Below are positions 9,069-15,111 of a stretch of 32,000 nucleotides of DNA, in pieces (position 1 is the first letter of the stretch; the number at the start of each line of letters is the position of its first letter). This stretch comes from Oscillospiraceae bacterium (lineage in GTDB: Bacteria; Bacillota; Clostridia; Oscillospirales; Oscillospiraceae). The notes under the pieces were generated by a model. It ran no database searches, was not told the DNA's origin, and worked only from the letters and a program-made list of their open reading frames with translations. The DNA lies in contig JAFXPO010000040.1 in assembly GCA_017527825.1 (NCBI GenBank), forward strand, positions 19,952 through 51,951, given 5' to 3'. The translations under genes were made by a program, and so were the position numbers.

Positions 9069-9114
9069 TTATCCACAATTTCCACAGGGTTATCCACAGA
9101 GATAATCTGGATAA
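9069..9114. promoter_or_regulatory. cluster of four DnaA-box-like 9-mers
   Basis: TTATCCACA at 9069-9077 and 9090-9098 (both perfect consensus); ATTTCCACA at 9078-9086 (7/9); TTATCCAGA on the reverse strand at 9106-9114 (8/9). All four lie within 46 bp of an AT-rich non-coding spacer. Confidence 0.45.
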
Positions 9115-9348
9115 AGAGGAAATGCATGTGCAATATGTCAGGCGAAACCGGAGTGAGACGGGAAATGTATGGCAGCGGAAAAACAGGATAAACTTGACAT
9201 AAAACAGAAAGAATCAAAAAGAAGAGAAAAAAACGCCATTTAGACCTTTTTCGGCAGACGTGCTGCAAGATTCGAAATATCACTTTCAAAAAAGAAAGCG
9301 TACCGCCTTTACAGGTCAAAAACTTTGCGAAAACTTCAAAAATAGGGC

Positions 9349-9377
9349 TTGCATTTTTCAAGGAGGTGTGATAGTAT
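9349..9377 (+). promoter_or_regulatory. sigma-A type promoter for tRNA-Pro
   Basis: TTGCAT (9349-9354), a 17-nt spacer, TGaTAGTAT (-10 at 9372-9377). The tRNA starts 19 nt after the -10. Confidence 0.55.
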
Positions 9378-9395
9378 ACCTAGGCTGTAAGGCAT

Positions 9396-9471
9396 CCGGG
9401 TGTGGCGCAGTTGGTAGCGCGCTTGACTGGGGGTCAAGAGGCCGTGAGTTCAAGTCTCGCCACTCGGACCA
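9396..9471 (+). tRNA. tRNA-Pro (anticodon GGG), CCA encoded
   Basis: Folded by hand. Acceptor CCGGGTG/CACTCGG (one G-U); D stem GCGC/GCGC with loop AGTTGGTA; anticodon stem CTTGA/TCAAG with loop CT-GGG-GG (G37); variable AGGCC; T stem GTGAG/CTCGC with loop TTCAAGT; discriminator A plus CCA. Confidence 0.9.
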
Positions 9472-9569
9472 AAATTCCGCCGAAATTGTTCAATTTCGGC
9501 GGAATTTCTTTTTCAAAAGTTGCGCTTTTGATTTTCTAAAAAATTTGACCACAGCGCAAGTCATAGACA
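9425..9569 (+). repeat. left copy of the 22,080-bp-spaced direct repeat (attL-like); overlaps the tRNA-Pro 3' part
   Basis: 9425-9488 is identical to 31505-31568 (64 bp). 9489-9569 versus 31569-31649 is 71/81 identical with no gaps. The repeat starts at tRNA position 30, in the anticodon stem. Confidence 0.85.
9473..9514 (+). terminator. intrinsic terminator of tRNA-Pro
   Basis: A 15-bp stem AATTCCGCCGAAATT / AATTTCGGCGGAATT with loop GTTC, followed by TCTTTTTC. Confidence 0.75.
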
Positions 9570-9570
9570 A

Positions 9571-9608
9571 ACGGGAACCGCGCTCCGTCTTTGGAGCGCG
9601 GTTCCCGT
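9571..9608 (-). terminator. hairpin terminator downstream of bcp
   Basis: A 16-bp perfect stem ACGGGAACCGCGCTCC / GGAGCGCGGTTCCCGT, 6 nt after the bcp stop (9614). On the reverse strand it is followed by TTTGTCT, a weak U-tract. Confidence 0.55.
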
Positions 9609-9613
9609 GTTTA

Positions 9614-10069
9614 TCAGCCCAGATACGCGAGGATCTCCTCGGCGTTGGTGTCGGGCTTAACCTTGGGCATGACGCGCTCAATCATGCCCTGTTCGTCGAT
9701 GAGATAGGTCGTGCGGACGACGCTCATGCTGACCTTGCCGTAGTTCTTCTTCTCCTGCCACACACCGTATGCCTCGATCGCCTGCCGCTCCGGGTCGGAG
9801 AGCAGAATGAACGGGAGCGCGTGCTTCTCGGCGAATTTCCGATGCGACGCGACGCTGTCCTTGCTGACGCCGATCACGACAACGCCCTTGCGCTTGAAGC
9901 CCTCGTAGCTCTTGGCGAACGCGCACGCCTGACGGGTGCAGCCGGGCGTGTTGTCTCTGGAGTAGAAATACAGCACCACCTTTTTTCCGAGAAAGTCGCT
10001 GAGGCTGACGGCGTTGCCGTCCTTGTCCGGCAGTGTAAACTGCGGCGCTTTGGTTCCGATTTCCAGCAT
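9614..10069 (-). CDS. bcp: thiol peroxidase, Bcp / peroxiredoxin Q type
   Basis: 151 aa. MLEIGTKAPQFTLPDKDGNAVSLSDF...VVLYFYSRDNTPGCTRQAC carries the peroxidatic Cys in TPGCT. The AAGGAGG RBS lies in the end of yaaA. Confidence 0.9.
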   Translation of the reverse strand: MLEIGTKAPQFTLPDKDGNAVSLSDFLGKKVVLYFYSRDNTPGCTRQACAFAKSYEGFKRKGVVVIGVSKDSVASHRKFAEKHALPFILLSDPERQAIEAYGVWQEKKNYGKVSMSVVRTTYLIDEQGMIERVMPKVKPDTNAEEILAYLG

Positions 10070-10072
10070 GGC

Positions 10073-10828
10073 TTACTCCTCCTTGATGAATGTATAGGTC
10101 GTTTCGTCGGATTCCTCCGAACAGAAGCGGTAGCCGAGCTGGTCGAAGTCCCGCATCTGCTCGGGCTGCTCTACGCGGCGCTCCGCCATCCAGCGCACCA
10201 TCTCGCCGCGCGCCATCTTGCACATCGTCCCCTTTTCGACGGTTTTGCCGCCGATGTGCTCGCCGAATACCGCCGTCACGAAGCGCACGTCGGGCGGCAG
10301 ATGCGGTTCGACGGCGCGGCTGTACTCCTTCGACGCAAGGTTGACGATGCAGCTGCTTTCGCCGCACAGCGATCCAGCGAGCGCGCCGCCCCAAAACTGA
10401 TAGAGGTCGCGGCAGCCGCCCGCCGAGAGCCTCGCGCCCATTTCCAGACGGTACGGCGTCACGCCGTCGAAGGGGCGCAGCACGCCGTAGAAGCCGGACA
10501 GGATGCGCAGGTGCGCCGCGACGTAGTCAAGTTGTTCGCCGGTCATCACATTCGGTGCCAGATAGCGGTAGGCGATGCCGTCATAGGAAAGCAGCGCGGG
10601 CGTCAGGTTCCGCCGCAGATCCATGTCGGTGAGGCGCTCCACGTTCAGCGCGGCAATCTGGTCGTTGCACTTCCAGAGCGCTTGCAGTGCGCGCGGTTCC
10701 ATGGCGCGAAGGGAAGCGAGCAGCGTTTCGGCTTTGTCGAGGAACTGCGGCAAATCGCGCACGGCAAAGCTGTCCGTGTCAACGCGCATTTTTTTCGCCG
10801 GGGACAGTATCATGACGAGCGTGTTCAT
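10073..10828 (-). CDS. yaaA: peroxide stress protein YaaA (UPF0246/DUF328)
   Basis: The start is set at the internal ATG 10828 (MNTLVMILSPAKKM...) because GGAGGA lies 9 nt upstream and ILSPAKKM matches the YaaA N-terminal SPAK signature. The stop is 4 nt before the bcp ATG. Confidence 0.8.
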   Translation of the reverse strand: MNTLVMILSPAKKMRVDTDSFAVRDLPQFLDKAETLLASLRAMEPRALQALWKCNDQIAALNVERLTDMDLRRNLTPALLSYDGIAYRYLAPNVMTGEQLDYVAAHLRILSGFYGVLRPFDGVTPYRLEMGARLSAGGCRDLYQFWGGALAGSLCGESSCIVNLASKEYSRAVEPHLPPDVRFVTAVFGEHIGGKTVEKGTMCKMARGEMVRWMAERRVEQPEQMRDFDQLGYRFCSEESDETTYTFIKEE

Positions 10829-10859
10829 TCCCACTATCCTCCATGCCGCATGATTCCTG

Positions 10860-10888
10860 ATTATAGCACCGCGCCGCGCTCTTGCCAA
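10860..10888 (-). promoter_or_regulatory. near-consensus sigma-A promoter for yaaA-bcp
   Basis: On the reverse strand: TTGGCA (10888-10883), a 17-nt spacer, TGcTATAAT (-10 at 10865-10860). The -35 is only 7 nt from the integrase stop codon (10896-10898). Confidence 0.55.
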
Positions 10889-10895
10889 GCCCGGG

Positions 10896-12323
10896 TCAAC
10901 AGGGAACATCCTGCCACCTGTCCTTTGCCCGGAGCGCGGCGATCTCCGCTTTCATCTCCGCGATGAGCCGCGCGAGCTTCGCCTCGCACTCGTCCTCGCT
11001 TTGGGCGTAGACGTTGCGCGGATGGCGCTTGCCGTCGGGGTAGGTCGGCGTGTAGCGTCCTTCCCACAGGCGTTCACCCAACTGCGTGACGCAGCCTGTG
11101 CCGGGCCGGCGTCGCTTGCCCTTGTTCGCCGTGAACTCCGTCGTGCGCGGCACGCTCGCTTCCGCTTTCGGCTTCTTCCTGCTCTTTGCGATGCCGCGGT
11201 CGATCTTCGCCGCGGCGTTTTTCTGCATCACGGTCGTGACGTGGGTGTAGACGTCCAGTGTGATCGCCGCCGAGACATGCCCGACGATGGCTGAGAGCGT
11301 CTTGACGTCCATGCCGCGCTCCAATGCCGTCGTGATGAAGGTGTGGCGGAGGTCGTGGAAGCGAACCTGCCTGCATTCCGCATGCTTCAGGACGCGCTGG
11401 AGGATCTTGCGCACGGAGCTTGGGTCGCGCGGGACGTCGCCGCCCAGCGGGGAGGGGAACAGCCAGCGCGAGCAAACGGTGTTGCTGTACTCGCGCAGCG
11501 CCGCTGTCACAGCTTCGGGCAGGAGGATCGTGCGCAGGGACGAGCGGGTCTTCGGCTCGATGGTCGTGAGCGTTCCGCGGACGCGATTGATCTGCCGCCT
11601 GACGCGCAGCTCGCCTGTATCGAGGTCGAGGTCGCTCCATTGGAGCGCCAGCAGCTCGCCGCGCCGCAGCCCCGTCGCCAGCTCCAGAAGGAAGAGCTCG
11701 TAATAGCCCTCATATTTGGCTTGGATGAGGAATCGCTGCATCTCCTCGCGCGTGAGCACCTGCGTCGCGCTGCGCGACTTGGGCGGCAGCTTGCAGCCCT
11801 CGGCGGGATTGCTCCGCAGGAGACCCGCTTCCACAGCCTTTTGCAGCGCCGCGCGGCAGTGGACATGGCAGAGACGAACCGAGCGGTCGGACAGCCCCGC
11901 GCCGTCCTGCTCGACGCGGATGAGCCGCCCCTGTCGTTTGAGGCGTCCGTAGAACTGCTGCAAATCGCTCTGCGTCAGCTTGTTGAGCGGGATCGCGCCG
12001 AGCGCCGGGATGATATGCCCGTAGATCGAGTTCTCATAGCCCTGCTGGGTGGAAGGTCGGATTGTGTCCTTGAGATAAGTCTGATACCAGTGGTCGAGCC
12101 AATCGCCGAACGGCATATCCGCCGAGAGCTTGTCCGACTGTGCGGGTGCGAGCCGCGCCTTGAGGGCGTCCAGCTTCTCGGCACATGCGCGCCTGGTTTT
12201 GGCGAGGACGCCTTTTGTCTTGGGGTAGCCCTTGTCGTCGTAGCCGACGACCACACGCCCCTCCCAGCGTCCGTCCTTTCTCAGACGGACGGTGCCTTCG
12301 CCGTTTTTCCTTCGTTTTGCCAT
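10896..12323 (-). CDS. tyrosine recombinase / phage-type integrase (475 aa) with an extra C-terminal arm-binding-like segment
   Basis: The start is at ATG 12323 (MAKRRKNGEGTVRLRKDGRWEGR, an arm-binding-type N-terminus). Catalytic motifs are intact: ATGLRRGE, HDLRHTF, VGHVS, LDVYTHV. The ORF-track start at 12614 is a read-through extension into the upstream integrase gene. Confidence 0.9.
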   Translation of the reverse strand: MAKRRKNGEGTVRLRKDGRWEGRVVVGYDDKGYPKTKGVLAKTRRACAEKLDALKARLAPAQSDKLSADMPFGDWLDHWYQTYLKDTIRPSTQQGYENSIYGHIIPALGAIPLNKLTQSDLQQFYGRLKRQGRLIRVEQDGAGLSDRSVRLCHVHCRAALQKAVEAGLLRSNPAEGCKLPPKSRSATQVLTREEMQRFLIQAKYEGYYELFLLELATGLRRGELLALQWSDLDLDTGELRVRRQINRVRGTLTTIEPKTRSSLRTILLPEAVTAALREYSNTVCSRWLFPSPLGGDVPRDPSSVRKILQRVLKHAECRQVRFHDLRHTFITTALERGMDVKTLSAIVGHVSAAITLDVYTHVTTVMQKNAAAKIDRGIAKSRKKPKAEASVPRTTEFTANKGKRRRPGTGCVTQLGERLWEGRYTPTYPDGKRHPRNVYAQSEDECEAKLARLIAEMKAEIAALRAKDRWQDVPC

Positions 12324-13468
12324 GGCAGAATATCCTCCATAAAGCCGCCGACGATCTCCGCGGCGCGCTTTTGCATATCGCCCGTGACGTGGGTGTAGGT
12401 ATCGAGCGTGAACGAGGCGTTGGTGTGACCGAGGATCGCCGAGAGCGTTTTGGCGTCCACGCCGCTTTTGAGCGCGTGGGTCGAGAACGTGTGACGGAGA
12501 TCGTGGAAGCGGATGTCCGGCAGGTTCGCGTTCGAGAGGATCGCCTTGAGGCGGCTGTAGGCGCTGCTTGGGGAGAGCGGCAGCTCCGGCCTTGTCGGGT
12601 TCGGGAAGATCCACTCGGAGCAGGACGTTTCCCTGCGCTTGCGCAGCAGCTCCGCCGTGCTGTCTGCGAGCAGGATGTCGCGTGTGCCGCTTCCGGTTTT
12701 CGTCGCGCCGGTGACGAGACGCCCACGCTCTGCGTGCAGTGTGCGGCGCACATGGAGTATGCCGCGCTTCTCATCGAAGTCATCCCAGCGCAGACCGCAG
12801 ATCTCGCCGCGCCGCAGTCCTGTGGTCAGCTCCGTGTAGAAGAAGTCGTGCCAGACTGTGTCACTCTGGATCGCCTTCATGAACATGTCCAGCTCGCGCT
12901 CGGTGAGGATGCGCATTTCGCCGCGCTCCACCTTTGGTGGCGAGGCGTGGACGGTCGGGTTCCATGCGATGATGTGCGCGCGCACCGCTGCGTCGAGCGC
13001 GAGGTGCAGCATGGCGTGGATGTGGCGCACGGTGCTTGCGGAGAGCTGGGAGCCGTGCTTCTCGTCCGGCTGTATGCGCCCGTGCTCGCGCAGGCGGCGG
13101 TACATCCGCTGGACGTCCTCCGTCGTGACGGAGGAAACCTGCTTGTCGCCAAGCTCGCGCCTGATCCGCTCCGCCATGTGGCGGTAGTTTTCAAGCGTTG
13201 TGTGGCGCACGGCGTTCGCCGCGTACTCGTCGAGCCAGCGGTCGAGCCAATCGCCCAGCGTCATGAGGCTGTCCTCGGTCAGCTCCACGCCCTCGTAGGC
13301 GACGATCTCGCGGTGGAGCTTGTCGAGCAGTTCCTTCTGCGTCCTTGCGTAGACGCTGCGAAAGATCGGCTCGCCGTTGCGCTTGTGCCCGACGACGATG
13401 CGCCCCTCCCAGCGTCCGTTCTCTCGCTTCCGCACCATGCCGTCGCCGGACGCTCTGCGTTTTGCCAT
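12281..13468 (-). CDS. tyrosine recombinase / phage-type integrase (395 aa)
   Basis: MAKRRASGDGMVRKRENGRWEGR N-terminus. Catalytic motifs: TTGLRRGE, HDLRHTF, LGHTN, LDTYTHV. RBS AAGGAG. Its last 43 nt overlap the start of the downstream integrase gene in another frame. Confidence 0.9.
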   Translation of the reverse strand: MAKRRASGDGMVRKRENGRWEGRIVVGHKRNGEPIFRSVYARTQKELLDKLHREIVAYEGVELTEDSLMTLGDWLDRWLDEYAANAVRHTTLENYRHMAERIRRELGDKQVSSVTTEDVQRMYRRLREHGRIQPDEKHGSQLSASTVRHIHAMLHLALDAAVRAHIIAWNPTVHASPPKVERGEMRILTERELDMFMKAIQSDTVWHDFFYTELTTGLRRGEICGLRWDDFDEKRGILHVRRTLHAERGRLVTGATKTGSGTRDILLADSTAELLRKRRETSCSEWIFPNPTRPELPLSPSSAYSRLKAILSNANLPDIRFHDLRHTFSTHALKSGVDAKTLSAILGHTNASFTLDTYTHVTGDMQKRAAEIVGGFMEDILPWQNEGKTAKAPSV

Positions 13469-13594
13469 GCCGTCATCTCCTTCTTAGTTACCGATGTGAA
13501 GATTTTGCGCTCGTTTTGTCAGCTCAAACAATACCGAGGACGCGCCCGCAAGTCTACTGAAACCTCGTTGACCAAACGGAGAAATAACCGCCGC

Positions 13595-14002
13595 TCAATC
13601 CATCCGCTTCTGGAACTTGAGCGCGTCCTCAAAATCCAGAACGCCGTGGGTACGCATGACGCGCTTGGCGCAGGTGCCCGTCAGCGTTTCCAGCGTTTCC
13701 AGATCCACGTCCGTGTCCGCCGCGAGCAGGTTCGCCATGACCGCGTCCTGCACCGCCAGCTTGAACAGCGTCTTGCCGATGCGGTCGCCGAAGAGCAGGA
13801 GCTTGCCCTCCAGCACGTCCGCCAGCACGCGCGGCAGATACGCGCCCGCGTCACGCGCGTTCAGGTAGCCCGTGTAGAAGCGGATCGCCTTTTCGATGTA
13901 CTCGTTTTGCGTGGAACAGTTGTCGTCTCGGTAGTGGTTTTTCACCTTTTCCCATGCCTCGTTTGTCAGCCAGACGGTGTGTCTGGCTTTTTCGCTTTTC
14001 AT
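13595..14002 (-). CDS. hypothetical protein with N-terminal ribbon-helix-helix-like segment
   Basis: 135 aa, RBS AAGGAGGAA. HTVWLTNEAWEKVKNHY...STQNEYIEKAIRFY has a strand-helix-helix pattern. The call is from pattern only. Confidence 0.55.
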   Translation of the reverse strand: MKSEKARHTVWLTNEAWEKVKNHYRDDNCSTQNEYIEKAIRFYTGYLNARDAGAYLPRVLADVLEGKLLLFGDRIGKTLFKLAVQDAVMANLLAADTDVDLETLETLTGTCAKRVMRTHGVLDFEDALKFQKRMD

Positions 14003-14037
14003 TGCGTAAATTCCTCCTTATTTATCGTTTAGCGTCA

Positions 14038-14077
14038 GGTGAAACGCCGCCGGTACGCGGTCAGGCGGCGTTTCACC
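14038..14077. other. 14-bp perfect inverted repeat in the RHH/HTH intergenic region
   Basis: GGTGAAACGCCGCC (14038-14051), a 12-nt loop, GGCGGCGTTTCACC (14064-14077). There is no U-tract on either strand, so it is not a classical terminator. Confidence 0.6.
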
Positions 14078-14310
14078 GAAGATTGAGCGTCATCGCTGTT
14101 TTCGGCGATCCGAAACAGCGTCACGATGAATCGCCCGAACCGCGCCCCGCACCGCGGGACGCTGTGCCCGCGCTGGCGCTTTAGCGTCGGCGCTTTTTCC
14201 TGCTTCCTCGTCGCACCCCTCCAAAATCGCCGCACACGCCGCTTTGTTCCCTCGACGGTGCTGGGATGCCCTGCGCGCCGAACGATGCGACACAGCGGCA
14301 ACAGCGGCGC

Positions 14311-14742
14311 TCACAGCGGAAGTTCTTCCGGCTCATGCACAGTCCTCGCGGCGACGTATTCGGCGCGGGGAATCTGTCTGCGCGACAGCTTCTTCCGCAT
14401 GTGCGCCGCGTCGAGCTTGGCGAGCTGGCGTTCGTGGAACAGACTAACCGCGCGACGGATCGGCAGGAGCGTGTAGCGCAGGTTGCCGTTCCACTTCAAT
14501 CCGTCCGCCGTGGTGACGGAGGTCGGCTCGATGTCGATTAGCCCCGCCTCGCACAGCTCTGCAACGTACTTCGCCACCGTGCGCGTGCTGCAACCGAACG
14601 TGTCGGCAATGTTCGCGTAGCTCGGCCAGCACTGGTGCGTCTCGGGATCGGTGAGCCGCCGCAGATACGAGTAGATGGCGAGCGCATTTGCGGAGAGGTG
14701 GATTTGGAATATCTCGTTGGGCAGGATCGTGCAGTTGTTCAT
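14311..14742 (-). CDS. winged-helix/HTH DNA-binding protein of the mobile-element module
   Basis: The start is at ATG 14742 (MNNCTILPNEIF...), with GGAGG upstream and an ATGA overlap with the xis-like stop. The HTH-like segment is YANIADTFGCSTRTVAKYVAELCEAGLI. Confidence 0.7.
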   Translation of the reverse strand: MNNCTILPNEIFQIHLSANALAIYSYLRRLTDPETHQCWPSYANIADTFGCSTRTVAKYVAELCEAGLIDIEPTSVTTADGLKWNGNLRYTLLPIRRAVSLFHERQLAKLDAAHMRKKLSRRQIPRAEYVAARTVHEPEELPL

Positions 14743-14951
14743 GTGGAACCGCCTCCGCTCTCGCGTTCGACCCACGCAATGAACTTGTCCCGCGGGACGA
14801 CGATGCGGCTGCCGACCTTGAGCGCCGGGAAGCCCTTCTCGCGCATGAGTTCGTAGCCGCTGGACGGCGACACGCCGAGCACGTCCGCCACCATCCGCGC
14901 GTTGAGAAACAGCGGCAGCTCGTCATAGCTTTGGTACTGGGATTGCTTCAT
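14739..14951 (-). CDS. excisionase-type (HTH_17/MerR-like) DNA-binding protein, 70 aa
   Basis: The start is at ATG 14951, with GAGGAGGAA upstream. LFLNARMVADVLGVSPSSGYELMREKGFPALKVGSRIVVPRDKFIAWVE is the usual excisionase-family pattern. Confidence 0.7.
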   Translation of the reverse strand: MKQSQYQSYDELPLFLNARMVADVLGVSPSSGYELMREKGFPALKVGSRIVVPRDKFIAWVERESGGGST

Positions 14952-14997
14952 GGTTTCCTCCTCGTTGGCGGCGCGGTAGGCCTCCCGCGTTTGCCGC

Positions 14998-15056
14998 TTG
15001 ATTTTTGCGTCCGAATCGGATAGCATGACTGTAGCAGTCCTGCATCGTGATTGCAA
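14998..15056. promoter_or_regulatory. pair of overlapping divergent sigma-A promoters
   Basis: Plus strand: TTGATT (14998-15003), 17 nt, TAGCAT (15021-15026). Minus strand: TTGCAA (15056-15051), 17 nt, TACAGT (15033-15028). The two -10 hexamers are 1 nt apart on opposite strands. Confidence 0.45.
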
Positions 15057-15111
15057 TGGCTTGGGACGACCTTGAGAACATCTCAAAACTCTATCGGTAA
15101 CAGGAGGGCGC

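Noticed and set aside
9059-9361. A 100-aa minus-strand ORF in the AT-rich spacer.
   Set aside because: It has no RBS, it reads straight through the DnaA-box cluster and the tRNA promoter, and it has an odd hydrophobic, low-complexity composition. I treat the spacer as non-coding.
8881-9395. Reading the DnaA-box cluster and AT-rich spacer as the chromosomal replication origin.
   Set aside because: There are only four boxes and no adjacent dnaA/dnaN. I could not identify a clear DNA-unwinding-element repeat pattern. A non-origin DnaA-box cluster is the more conservative reading.
10829-10895. A search for a short direct repeat flanking only the integrase-to-Iet block (left junction 10829-10895 against 28741-28917 or 16159-16243).
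   Set aside because: The only shared string is the 9-mer ACTATCCTC. In one place it is part of the yaaA RBS complement, and in the other it is part of the fic promoter and leader. I judge it coincidental.
9260-10966. A 568-aa plus-strand ORF. Its N-terminal peptide (DWGSRGREFKSRHSDQNSAEI...) reappears in the ORF at 31496-31708, which suggests a duplicated protein.
   Set aside because: The shared peptide is only the translation of the duplicated tRNA-Pro 3' half and its terminator. The rest of the ORF is antisense to bcp and yaaA.
10896-13468. Calling the tandem integrases a recombinase-in-trio (RIT) element or a Tn554-type transposon.
   Set aside because: Only two complete recombinases are present, plus a roughly 76-aa integrase-like tail. 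Both have phage-type arm-binding N-termini. No TnpC-like gene or flanking inverted repeats were seen. I kept it as a finding to test, not as a call.
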